Assembly (NCBI GenBank): GCA_963697895.1
Contig: OY969100.1
Span: 1,312,001 to 1,376,000 of the forward strand
From: an uncultured Methanomicrobiales archaeon
Lineage (GTDB): Archaea; Halobacteriota; Methanomicrobia; Methanomicrobiales; Methanospirillaceae
DNA: 64,000 bases
Reading direction: 5' to 3'
Shown here piece by piece: positions 20,621 through 30,333 of this stretch. Below the pieces are notes generated by a model. It saw nothing but the letters and a program-made list of their open reading frames with translations, ran no database searches and was not told the DNA's origin. Position 1 is the first letter of the stretch. Each line of letters opens with the position of its first letter. The position numbers were made by a program, and so were the translations under genes.

Positions 20621-20863
20621 ATGGTGGAATCGATGAAAGCTGACAGGAAACTTGATTCCAGGGGCCATTCCTGCCCCGGGCCCGTCTTCATGGTATCGGA
20701 TGAGATGGAAAAACTGACTCCGGGAATGATCCTTGAGGTATTTGCAGACGATCCCGCTGCCGAGGAGGACATTTCCCGCTGGACAAAACGGACAGGGAAT
20801 GATCTTTTAAAGGTTGAAAAATCGGGAGACATGATTACATTTTATATCAAAAAGGTGAAATGA
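20621..20863 (+). CDS. tusA: TusA/SirA-family sulfur carrier
   Basis: LDSRGHSCPGP (CPxP) and ADDPAAEEDI motifs. Confidence 0.88.
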   Translation: MVESMKADRKLDSRGHSCPGPVFMVSDEMEKLTPGMILEVFADDPAAEEDISRWTKRTGNDLLKVEKSGDMITFYIKKVK

Positions 20864-20872
20864 GGGAATTCC

Positions 20873-21232
20873 ATGACAAAGATACTGTATGTGCAGACAA
20901 GCGGTACCGATACCCCTGAAAGAACCTATGCCCCGTTCATCCTTTCGAGTACTGCCCGGGCAATGGGTATTGAAGCATCGATCTTCTTCATGATCAAAGG
21001 AATTATCAATATGAAGAAGGGAGAAGCGGAGAAGATCAGGATTGGCCAGTTCCCCAGCCTGAAAGAGGCGCGGGATAAGGCACTGTCGGGCGGCGTGAAG
21101 TGCTACGTCTGCGAACAGAGCACGCAACTCCTCGGTCTTGCTAAAACAGAGTTCATTCCGGAGTCGATCATCGCCGGAGCGGCGACGCTGAATGACCTCG
21201 CACTGGAGGCAGATACGGTACTGACCTTTTGA
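20873..21232 (+). CDS. DsrE/DsrF-like family protein
   Basis: IFFMIKG, YVCEQS and AGAATL; lies 9 nt after tusA. Confidence 0.85.
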   Translation: MTKILYVQTSGTDTPERTYAPFILSSTARAMGIEASIFFMIKGIINMKKGEAEKIRIGQFPSLKEARDKALSGGVKCYVCEQSTQLLGLAKTEFIPESIIAGAATLNDLALEADTVLTF

Positions 21233-21406
21233 TTGGCATTCATCCCGACGAAGAAACAAAGCGGTAGATCCGCATGCTTAAAAACCGCTCCCTGAACGGA
21301 TGCAGCTGAATCCGGGAGGTAGCCGATAATCCCCTGGGTGAAGGAGGAACCGGGTGAAAAATACCTTTTAATAAGGAGCCCTCCAACTCCTATTATAGGT
21401 GGTACA

Positions 21407-21715
21407 ATGGGGGGGTGGCATCCCGATCCATTATTCGTGGAATTCATTCGGGAATATTGTGATTTTGTTCCCGGTGCCTGCGTCAGTAAAATCTGGTTAT
21501 GGAACCGGTATGTTAACTTTGCGATCGGCAAATCCGGGAAAAAGATGACATTTTATGACGAGAAGGGATTCGACGAGTTGATGAAGGAGATGGGAGTGGC
21601 AAGTGAGGCGAACGAATATCTCGGGATCCGGATCAGAAAGAAGGAAAAAGAGTTGATGATCGCTTCTCCGGGGAACGACAGCCGGTGGGCAGAGGGTAAA
21701 CCGGCTTCCCTGTGA
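21407..21715 (+). CDS. Small protein resembling the C-terminal winged-helix of D5/P4-type primase-helicases
   Basis: Pattern DPxxxFIxExC...V....LW..Y..F...G....F...M...G....YLGIRI. Confidence 0.55.
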   Translation: MGGWHPDPLFVEFIREYCDFVPGACVSKIWLWNRYVNFAIGKSGKKMTFYDEKGFDELMKEMGVASEANEYLGIRIRKKEKELMIASPGNDSRWAEGKPASL

Positions 21716-21733
21716 AGTTCATCTCCCAAAAAT

Positions 21734-22186
21734 TCAGGACTGCTCAAGAGCGGTATTACCTTCAATGAACCGGGAATGGTAGGTCATGGCATCGATCCGC
21801 CAGTTCCCGCTTTCCTTCACCAGATGAAACTCGTAACTTCCCACGAACGTCCGGGTGTTCCTGTTCGTCCGGTTCGGGAGGTAATGGATTGCGATCCCGT
21901 AGCAGAATACGATGGCTTCATTTCCGGTGAAGTGCACGAGAAAATTACCGATCTGGTGATGGACAGACTGCAGTGCTTTCAACCCCTCCCGCCATCCCGC
22001 CACGATATGGTCGGGTGTCGTAACCCCGGGCCGTTCTCCCCCCAGAGAGGACATATCGAAGAAGACTTCGCCGGCAAAGCATGAATGGACGGCAGCCCAG
22101 TCCCGTTTGTCGGTCTCGACGAAGAGCGTCGTCACCGCCTCGATCACCCGATCCCGTTCCGTCATCAGCACCGGAGGATCTGTCAT
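21734..22186 (-). CDS. SnoaL-like / NTF2 family protein
   Basis: TDKRDW, HHQIGN and GSYEFHLVKESGNWRI. Confidence 0.88.
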   Translation of the reverse strand: MTDPPVLMTERDRVIEAVTTLFVETDKRDWAAVHSCFAGEVFFDMSSLGGERPGVTTPDHIVAGWREGLKALQSVHHQIGNFLVHFTGNEAIVFCYGIAIHYLPNRTNRNTRTFVGSYEFHLVKESGNWRIDAMTYHSRFIEGNTALEQS

Positions 22187-22643
22187 ATCTTCCTCATTGG
22201 TTCACCGTTACGTTTCCCGAGAAAATAAAAATTCTGAAATCAATTAAATCCCATTTTTTTCAGAATCAACGCGCGAAAGTTCATTCCAATAAGGAATGTC
22301 GACTCTTGCGGGCGAATACAAACCGTGAATTCCCGGGAGAATACAAATTCCGGAATCGATTAACTTTTTTTTTTAAAATTTTACGGCAATATTTTCAAGA
22401 ACTGAATATGAGACGATTGCGGACGAACAGAAACATGAGTTCCCGCGCGAGGATGCCGGTCTGCTTCATCCGGAGATTGGAAATCTGCCGGGTGAGGGTA
22501 TCATCGGAATTCCTTGAAAAATTTGTATATTGTTCATGAAGATTTACTCGATGAACATGGACAGGATTATGAACGGATACGGCAACAGGATATTTAGGAA
22601 CCGGGATCTTCACCGGGTATAATGCGGGATTGAGGAGTACCTC

Positions 22644-23048
22644 ATGAAAAGGACGAGTTTTTATGCACTCATTGCGGGAATCGTTGCAGTAGAAGCCTTG
22701 GTGTTCTGGTGGGCGCTCGAGATCGAGGATCCGCTGCCCTCGATCATTGCCGTCCTTCTGGGACTTGCCTTGGTCTATATCGGGCGAATGTACGTCGAAG
22801 AAGTGATCGAGGACGAACGAACCCAGAAGATCGAAGAGAAAACTGCATTCCGGACCCTCCAGATCACCTGGATCGCGCTCTTCGTCTTCGGGCTCTGGAT
22901 GATCATCAACTCCACCAGTGATGAGTTACAGCCTCTCCTGCGCCTGATAATCAGGCGAAACGGATTCGAGCTGATCGGCATTGTCGCCGGCATGATTATT
23001 GTCTACGTCCTTTTGCTCTTTTACTACGGGAAAAAATACGGGGAATGA
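22644..23048 (+). CDS. DUF2178 family membrane protein (copy 1)
   Basis: Four TM segments with [13 protein letters not shown]; followed by an XRE-HTH gene. Confidence 0.85.
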   Translation: MKRTSFYALIAGIVAVEALVFWWALEIEDPLPSIIAVLLGLALVYIGRMYVEEVIEDERTQKIEEKTAFRTLQITWIALFVFGLWMIINSTSDELQPLLRLIIRRNGFELIGIVAGMIIVYVLLLFYYGKKYGE

Positions 23049-23051
23049 CCG

Positions 23052-23264
23052 ATGAAGAACCGCATCAAAGTGTACCGGGCGATGCATGACCTGACCCAGG
23101 AGGCGCTCGCCCGCGACCTCGGGGTGACCCGCCAGACGATCCTCGCCATAGAAAAGGGAAAATACGACCCTTCGCTCGTCCTCGCATACCGGATCGCGAA
23201 GTATTTCGGCGTCGGGATCGAGGATGTCTTCGACCTGAGTTCACTGGATGCGATATCCGAATAG
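23052..23264 (+). CDS. XRE-family HTH transcriptional regulator (copy 1)
   Basis: [29 protein letters not shown]. Confidence 0.93.
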   Translation: MKNRIKVYRAMHDLTQEALARDLGVTRQTILAIEKGKYDPSLVLAYRIAKYFGVGIEDVFDLSSLDAISE

Positions 23265-23629
23265 GATCCAACAATTATCCTTAATGAGAGCTTTTCCCGA
23301 GCCGGGATCGCCAACCCCCTCCTCAATACGGGCAATACTTTACAATCCCCCAACGAACCCCGCTCCCCCAAGGAGAAGGATGAACCGACTGATGACACAT
23401 GCCGGTGATGGATTACCGGAAAATAAACCGGGGATAAGACCACCATTTCAGCATAGATCATTGATCCGGTAAGATCAATGCATGTAAAGGATGGTTAAAA
23501 AATAGGAAAGGATATAATATAAAATGTAAAATAGACTATACAAGGTGTTCGAAGAAAACAACGAACACCGATATCTCTGTAAAAACGATTCGACGCTGAA
23601 AAGTATCAGCGTCAATTCGGGTGAAAGAA

Positions 23630-24485
23630 ATGAAAACAGGTTACATATGCGCAGCTCTTCTGTGTGTGGCGCTCTTTGTGGGAGCGGCCATGGCTGCAGA
23701 TCCGCCAACCGCAACCTTTGAAACCCAGGGCATCAAGACAACAGATTCCATATCTGTGCTGCAGGGTTCAGTATCGACTTCCAAGTCGATGGTTATGACC
23801 GTTGCCAATAACGATAATGGCATCAATGCACCGCCACTCGAGAACAGTGAAACCGGCGCCGGAGAACGCCAGGCAACAAACGTCTATACCGAGGCAACTG
23901 ACGCCAAGAACGGTGGGAACATCGAGTATTCCTCAACGGTATCTGCCGACACAGGCAACAAGGTTCTCGGAACCTATAACACCCAGGCACACCGCTCGAT
24001 CCAGTACCGAGTCCGACCCGAGCAAGGATGGCCGTATGACCTCTACCGAACAGATCGTCATGGATGTTGCAGGGGCAACCGGGAACTCCGGAAGTGTATA
24101 CCTCTGTCCGTTTGCAGAAGGCAAGTCCAATAACACACCGGCATTCTGCAACATCGTCCAGATGGGCAGCAGCCTCGATGCGACCTACGCAAATGTCGTC
24201 ACCGATGCGGCGAAGAGAGATATCCAGGCAACTGCCGACTTCCCGTTAGAGGCATCGTACTCCATCGCGGCGAAGGGCGTGCTGGTCGACACTGCAGACG
24301 GGCTAGTTTCACAGCCATACACCGGCTCGGTCAACGCATATATGAACGTCCACACGCAGGAAGCTCGCGGCAACAATGACGTGCCAGAGGCCGACTTTGT
24401 CTACAAGGAGTCAACATCGGCAAGCGGATACGTGAACAACTTTGCGAAGAGCATGTACTACCAGGACGGTGCGCTCCGAGTCTGA
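23630..24485 (+). pseudogene. Secreted ATFETQGIK/CPFA family protein (paralog 2), split by a +1 frameshift
   Basis: Removing C24008 joins RSIQY to ESDPSKDGRMTSTE, colinear with 5570-6598 (RNVQYEGGADGRMTSTE). May be a read error. Confidence 0.85.
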
Positions 24486-24875
24486 AGAGATACCGGAACT
24501 TGAATTGGTGAAGTAGTCTTCCGAGGAAAAATTACTCATCGGAAGATTATTCTCCTACATTTTATCCCCCTTCTCATTAAAAAGCATCCGAATCTCACCA
24601 AAATCGCGACCTGATATATCTATTCCTTTGACCGAATCGCGGGAAAGGAGCGATGAGATTTCCGTGAGATTGTTCCTTGTTCCCCGGACGTATTTTCGCG
24701 GATTCATAAAAGAATGGTTATCCCAACCTCACGAACCCATGCATCCAATATTTTGCAATAGTCCTGATCTTATCCCGCTCCTCGAGCATGGCTCAACAAC
24801 AATAGATCGGAACGCGGATCGGGCACGTTAATGTTTAATAACCAAATGTATTACAAAATATACAATGAGGAAGCG

Positions 24876-25325
24876 ATGAAACTTAATACCTTTTATCTCC
24901 TTGCCGGGCTCGTGGGACTCGTCCTCGTCGGAATATTCTGGGTTGCCGTCGACCTCCGGGATCCCTTCTTGATCAGTCTGGCATTCATTGCAGGTATCGT
25001 CCTCCTGTACCTGGCGAGATCCCGGGTAACCGACCGGAGGGAAGATGAAAGAACGACCCTGATTGCCCAGAAAGCAGCATTGCACACGTTGGAGGTGTTC
25101 TGGGTCATCTTCTTTGCAATCAGCCTGGGGGACGCGGTTATCGGACTCGGTGCACCCGGGTTTCCTCCCCCGGCTCCGCCTCCGGGAGGGGGCTTGATTC
25201 ATCTCGGACGTCTCGGCGTCATCCAGATGGCACTTCTCTGCCTTATGATATTCCTGTATGTCGGATTCAAGGTGTACCATGCCCGGCGGCTTGGAGAGTG
25301 GGACACCGATGAAGAACAGGATTAA
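24876..25325 (+). CDS. DUF2178 family membrane protein (copy 2)
   Basis: [13 protein letters not shown] motif and TM helices; overlaps the next HTH gene. Confidence 0.85.
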   Translation: MKLNTFYLLAGLVGLVLVGIFWVAVDLRDPFLISLAFIAGIVLLYLARSRVTDRREDERTTLIAQKAALHTLEVFWVIFFAISLGDAVIGLGAPGFPPPAPPPGGGLIHLGRLGVIQMALLCLMIFLYVGFKVYHARRLGEWDTDEEQD

Positions 25326-25521
25326 AGTTTTCCGGGCGATGCACGACCTGACCCAGGAGGCGCTCGCCCGCGACCTCGGGGTGACCCGCCAGACGATCCT
25401 CGCCATCGAGAAGGGAAAATATGATCCCTCGCTCGTCCTCGCATACCGGATCGCGAAACATTTCGGTGTCGGGATCGGTGACATCTTCGTCCTCGATTCC
25501 ATCGATGAAGGGCAGGAATAA
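25309..25521 (+). CDS. XRE-family HTH regulator (copy 2)
   Basis: [28 protein letters not shown], almost identical to copy 1. Confidence 0.93.
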   Translation: MKNRIKVFRAMHDLTQEALARDLGVTRQTILAIEKGKYDPSLVLAYRIAKHFGVGIGDIFVLDSIDEGQE

Positions 25522-25605
25522 TAACCATCCCCGTTTCATTTCGTTCTGTTTGTGGATTATGACGAATTTCGGGTAATATACCTCCGGATTACCCCAAAAT
25601 GAAGA

Positions 25606-25827
25606 TCAGGATGAATTCAGATCATCCCTCTCATCGCTGAAGGAGAATACTTCGTCTACCTTCGCATGAAGCACGCGTGCGATGGCGAAGGCGAGGCGAA
25701 GGGACGGATTATACTTCCCCCCTTCCAGGAAAACAATCGTCTCCCTCCTGACCCCTACTTTCTTCGCCAGTTCTTCCTGTGTCATACCGTATCTCGCCCG
25801 AAGTTCTTTCATCCGGGTTTTCATCAC
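25606..25827 (-). CDS. XRE-family HTH regulator (copy 3)
   Basis: [29 protein letters not shown]. Confidence 0.92.
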   Translation of the reverse strand: MMKTRMKELRARYGMTQEELAKKVGVRRETIVFLEGGKYNPSLRLAFAIARVLHAKVDEVFSFSDERDDLNSS

Positions 25828-26222
25828 ACATCTCCCCTTGATTCGAAATACATGCGGGCGATCACCTCCAGAAAGACCATGAAGAAGAACAACAGCGCGA
25901 GGATTTCAGTCGGGTTCTGTGTCAGTATATCGAACTGATAGCCTAATACCAGAAACGCGATAGCGATCCACGTCGCAGTCCAGGACACCGCCATGGAAGC
26001 ACGCTCTATCTTTTGCGTCCGTTCGTCAGAAGCTTCTTCCCGCCATGCCCGTACGGCAAGCGCTGCCGTGGCTGCAACGATCGCAAATGCCGTTGCGATG
26101 AGAAGGGTCCGCGTGAATTCCGTTGCTGCAGGAGCGATCTTATCGAGATATACCCCGAACACGAGCAAAATGGCTGCGATGAGGAGCAAGAGGATCGGTT
26201 TTCGTCGCATAAATCTCACCAA
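25824..26222 (-). CDS. DUF2178 family membrane protein (copy 3)
   Basis: [12 protein letters not shown] motif and four TM segments; 4-nt overlap with the HTH gene. Confidence 0.8.
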   Translation of the reverse strand: MVRFMRRKPILLLLIAAILLVFGVYLDKIAPAATEFTRTLLIATAFAIVAATAALAVRAWREEASDERTQKIERASMAVSWTATWIAIAFLVLGYQFDILTQNPTEILALLFFFMVFLEVIARMYFESRGDV

Positions 26223-26557
26223 TTGATATATATTTCAAACAATATGATAGAAATAAATCACCATCATATATAATAATTTCCGGATAAGATCCATTCAGAA
26301 AACGACCTGATTCATCTCCCACCAAGTATAAAGCCCAGATTCTTAGATTAAGGAGTAATGTTGGATTTTCCGACCGGATAACCGAATGCATGTCCCGATT
26401 CAATTCCGTTCGATCCCGATCGTCTCGAGTTACCGACACGAAGATTTGACCTGTTCTTTCATTGCGGGGCTCCTGTCCGGGATGATGGTAATACCGCAGT
26501 GAACAGGCCCGGCCGGTGCGATCAATTATCACGGAATACTCTGCACCTGTTATCGGA

Positions 26558-27994
26558 ATGTTCGAGACGAATAAACAGGGGATGATACTGGCAATAGCGA
26601 CAGTAGCATCGTTTTTTGTCCCTTACCTCACGTCTTCGATAACCGTTGCCCTCCCGGCGATCGGAAGCGAGTTCTCTCTCGATGCGGTCTCCCTCGGCTG
26701 GGTGGTATCCAGCTACATCCTTTCCACCGCGATCTGCATCGTTCCGTTCGGCCGAATCGCCGATATTTATGGGAGAAAACGTCTGTTCATCACGGGTGTT
26801 GCTGTCATGACCGGCGCATCGCTTCTCGCGACCTTTGCATGGTCCGCCCCATCGCTTATCGGGTTCCGGATCCTCCAGGGTGCAGGCGGTGCGCTCATTT
26901 TTACAACCTCCGTTGCGATCATCACCGCGGTATACCCGCCTGAACGACGCGGCTGGGCACTGGGTATCACCCTGGCTTCCGTATATGCAGGCCTCTCCCT
27001 CGGCCCCTTTATCGGAGGGGTTTTGACGGAGCATATCGGATGGCGGAGCATATTCTTCCTCGTTGTCCCGCTTGGAATTTTAGTGCTCTGGCTCTCCTCG
27101 AGGAATGTGCACGACGAATGGATCGAAGCCCCGGGAGCCCCGTTCGATTATACCGGATCCATTCTGTATGCCACCTCCCTCTTTGGGGTGATGTACGGGC
27201 TGACCGTCGTTCCCGCCTCCGAGGCGGTTGTCTGGATCGCATTCGGGGGAGCGACGCTCGCAGGATTCCTCTGGTGGGAGACCCGGTCCCGGAGTCCCGT
27301 CCTGGACATTCGTGTCTTCCGGAAGAATATTGTCTTTACATTCTCGAACCTGGCTGCTCTGATAAACTATGCAGCGACATATGCGGTTGCCTTCCTTCTC
27401 TCCCTGTATCTTCAGTATACGAAAGGGTTGAGCCCGGAGACCGCGGGGTTGATCCTGGTTGCACAGCCGGCAGTACAGACGATCTTCTCACCATCAGCCG
27501 GGCGCCTCTCAGATCGGATAGAGCCGAGAGTGGTCGCAAGTATCGGGATGATGATCACTGCCGTCGGACTTCTCCTCCTTGCCCTTCTTATGACAGAAAC
27601 CCCGCTCTGGTCCATTGTGGCAGTTCTGCTCATGCTCGGGCTCGGGTACGCCTTGTTCTCCTCCCCGAACACGAATGCGATCATGTCCTCGGTCGAGCCG
27701 CGATACTATGGAATTGCCTCCAGTATGGTCGCGACGATGCGGGCGATCGGACAACTGACCAGCATGGCCATCGTGATGATGATCTTCTCCCTGGTGATAG
27801 GGAAGGTACAGGTGACCCCCGAGGTCTATCCGCTCTTCCTCACCAGCACCCGGCTTGCCTTTTTGATCCTGGGAATATTATGCGTTATCGGCGTGTTCGC
27901 AAGTATTGCACGGGGGAGGATACGGGAATCAAACCCTCCCCGGGAAGGAAGGATACCTGAACAGGAGAAAACCGGCCATCAGGATAGTAATTAA
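26558..27994 (+). CDS. MFS drug/H+ antiporter (DHA2, EmrB/QacA-like)
   Basis: GRIADIYGRKR motif A, FRILQGAG, GPFIGG...WRSIF; about 14 TM segments. Confidence 0.92.
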   Translation: MFETNKQGMILAIATVASFFVPYLTSSITVALPAIGSEFSLDAVSLGWVVSSYILSTAICIVPFGRIADIYGRKRLFITGVAVMTGASLLATFAWSAPSLIGFRILQGAGGALIFTTSVAIITAVYPPERRGWALGITLASVYAGLSLGPFIGGVLTEHIGWRSIFFLVVPLGILVLWLSSRNVHDEWIEAPGAPFDYTGSILYATSLFGVMYGLTVVPASEAVVWIAFGGATLAGFLWWETRSRSPVLDIRVFRKNIVFTFSNLAALINYAATYAVAFLLSLYLQYTKGLSPETAGLILVAQPAVQTIFSPSAGRLSDRIEPRVVASIGMMITAVGLLLLALLMTETPLWSIVAVLLMLGLGYALFSSPNTNAIMSSVEPRYYGIASSMVATMRAIGQLTSMAIVMMIFSLVIGKVQVTPEVYPLFLTSTRLAFLILGILCVIGVFASIARGRIRESNPPREGRIPEQEKTGHQDSN

Positions 27995-28240
27995 AATACC
28001 CCCGATTTGGATACCATCAGATATCGATTCCATTCCAGGTAGCTACCAGATAATCGACAGGAAGAAGACCCCGGTCATCGGGAAAGGGTTGAAATACCCT
28101 GAGTTGGATACCAGCGGATAGAGATTTCATCCCAGTTAGCTATCAGAGAATCGACAGGAAGAAGACCCCGGTCATCGGGAAAGGGTTGAAATACCCTGAG
28201 GTTGGATATCCATCAGATCTCGTTTCCATTCCGGATAACT
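27994..28240. repeat. ~97-bp intergenic tandem repeat, ~2.5 copies
   Basis: AATCGACAGGAAGAAGACCCCGGTCATCGGGAAAGGGTTGAAATACCCTGAG is identical at 28052 and 28149; a partial degenerate copy starts at ~27995. Confidence 0.9.
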
Positions 28241-28269
28241 ATCAGGATAATCGAGAGTGAAGGGTGAGC

Positions 28270-28701
28270 ATGACGCTGTTTGAGAAAATTCTCATCGCGA
28301 CAGACGGATCGGAAAAAAATAAAAATGCGGTAGATGAGGCGATAAAGATCGGACGTGCCTGCGGATCGACCCTCTATGCCGTGTACGTAATCGATACCAG
28401 CATCTACGAAGCAGATCCCGCAGACGCATCGTTCGAAAAGGTCTACCAGCAGCTCGGGAAAGAGGGTGAGGAGGCGGTTCGCCGGGTACGGGATCTGGCA
28501 CCTGATCTTGCGGTGGAGACCTTCGTGATCGGGGGGAGACCGGCAAGAGAGATCACCCGGTTTGCCTCGGAGAACAAGATCGATCTCCTGATTGTCGGTA
28601 CCCAGGGCAGAAGTGGCATCGAACGCCTCTTCCTGGGCAGCGTCGCCGATAAGGTCATTCGTACGGCAGGCTGCCCGGTGCTGGTGATCCGAAGTAAATA
28701 A
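28270..28701 (+). CDS. Universal stress protein (UspA family)
   Basis: KILIATDGS, DLLIVGTQGRSG, LGSVADKVIRTAGCPVLVI. Confidence 0.95.
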   Translation: MTLFEKILIATDGSEKNKNAVDEAIKIGRACGSTLYAVYVIDTSIYEADPADASFEKVYQQLGKEGEEAVRRVRDLAPDLAVETFVIGGRPAREITRFASENKIDLLIVGTQGRSGIERLFLGSVADKVIRTAGCPVLVIRSK

Positions 28702-28821
28702 GGAATGTCCGGATAATGGCACTCCTCCCGGAAGGATCAATAAGGAATTTCCGGATAATGGACTCTCACCGGAAGGATCAATAGAAATGTCCGGATAATG
28801 GCACCCCACCGGAAGGATCAA
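28698..28821. repeat. ~41-bp tandem repeat x3 with internal TCCGG...CCGGA inverted repeat
   Basis: AAT(G/T)TCCGGATAATGG(N7-9)CCGGAAGGATCAA occurs three times directly after the usp stop. Confidence 0.9.
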
Positions 28822-28945
28822 CTAATTCTTTTCAGATTCTCCGGAGTGTGCCCAATTTTTAATTTTTCATCTTACTGATCTGAACATTCTGACCGATCTT
28901 CTACCGGCATTGATATATATCAAAAGAGAGGGAAAGGAAGATATC

Positions 28946-29230
28946 ATGGCGTATATGCTTGGACGGATCAAAGTGCGGGATTATGCATTCTGGAGGACGA
29001 TCTATGACGGATATGAGGGGTATCGAAAGGCATCGGGTTCCATGGGGGCGAGGATATTCCGGAATGCGGACAATCCCCATGAGATAGTCGTCCTCTTCGA
29101 ATGGGCTGACCTGGACGTGGCTCGGAAATTTGCAAAATCCGATGAATTAAAACGGACGATGCAGAAATCCGGGGTTGTTGACAAACCTGATTTCTATTTC
29201 CTGGAAGAGGCAGAGGCCAGCCCTTCCTGA
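28946..29230 (+). CDS. Small ABM-like dimeric alpha/beta-barrel ('cyclase') protein
   Basis: KVRDYAFW...IFRNADNPHEIVVLFEWADL...MQKSGVVDKP. Confidence 0.75.
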   Translation: MAYMLGRIKVRDYAFWRTIYDGYEGYRKASGSMGARIFRNADNPHEIVVLFEWADLDVARKFAKSDELKRTMQKSGVVDKPDFYFLEEAEASPS

Positions 29231-29340
29231 TTTTACCCCCGATTACCAATTCAAATACCCAGGAGGATTGACCTCCTTTATCCACATCCCGGTCAGTATC
29301 GATTGGCGATAATGAACAAACTAAGGAAAGAAAAAGAAGA

Positions 29341-29757
29341 TTATTTAAAGACCGAAAAATCGTTCTTGACCGCGATGGCATCCACGATCGGCTTCATCGT
29401 CGCTTCCGATATGCCAAATTTCTCCATGTACTGCTGGAGGATCTTCTGCTCATTCCCGGCAAGGATCCCGTCGGCCATCGCCAGGTCGAGCAGTATCGCC
29501 ATGGTAGTGAATCGCTGCTTCTCATCGAGGGCATTCGCCACCAGGGTCATGACTTCGGGAAGGGACATGCCCTGGACTGCCTTCACCACTGTTTGTACAA
29601 TATTCCGGTCTCCCCGGACGATCTTCTGGAGGTCAAAGATCTCCTGTTCATCAAGAACCCCGTCTGCCGCGATGACCGTGATGGCCGATGCAACGAGTGC
29701 CTGTTTCGGGGTCAGCTGGGTCGGTTTGCTTCCGGTTAATTTATCAAAGATTCCCAT
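29341..29757 (-). CDS. TerB-family tellurite resistance protein
   Basis: Two TerB metal-site motifs: IAADGVLDEQE and AMADGILAGNE. Confidence 0.85.
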   Translation of the reverse strand: MGIFDKLTGSKPTQLTPKQALVASAITVIAADGVLDEQEIFDLQKIVRGDRNIVQTVVKAVQGMSLPEVMTLVANALDEKQRFTTMAILLDLAMADGILAGNEQKILQQYMEKFGISEATMKPIVDAIAVKNDFSVFK

Positions 29758-30333
29758 TTCTTTCACCTGTTTTTCCCAATAGGTAAAACTTCATGGGGGT
29801 TTATTCTTTTGGTTAGGTTGAGCAATGCAAAACAGGGGAAGATTTATCTTTTTTACCCGTTAGGAGAGGTGTATACTGCAGATAATCTCCGGGGGTGAAA
29901 AGGAACGACGGGATCATCGTCGTCTTTGAGGATGCCAATATCCTGAAGTCAACCTTCGTTGGGTATTCCGAACTAATCGACATGAAGATCAATGCGCTGG
30001 ACCTCATCGAGCATCCGCTTCTATACCAAATCGATCCCGAAAAGAACATGATCGCGATGAAATGCGGCATGAACAGCGAATTGCCGTTGCGATATTCCGA
30101 AAGGTCCGTTCTAAGGGTCAGGATATCGGTTTGTTCATTTTCCATCCTTTCTGCGTAAGTAAGGGTTCAATCCACAACGGATACGATGAAGAGGGTGTCG
30201 GATACAACACTTGATTTATCCCTTTCCTTCCATAACAGAGAAGCTCCGGACCGTCTTCTTTAGGATACCTTTTTCTTGCCGGAGCGTGTTCTACCCCCCG
30301 TGGTTATTTGATGAAAGGGGATAGGTGAACAGC

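Noticed and set aside
27994-28821. Repeats around usp as mini-CRISPR arrays
   Set aside because: The 'spacers' are homologous to each other or only 7-9 nt long, and unit sizes do not fit.
29813-30158. Overlapping short ORFs on both strands between terB and lon
   Set aside because: The + strand frame has host-like codons and may be a gene fragment, but no family is recognisable and the strand cannot be settled.
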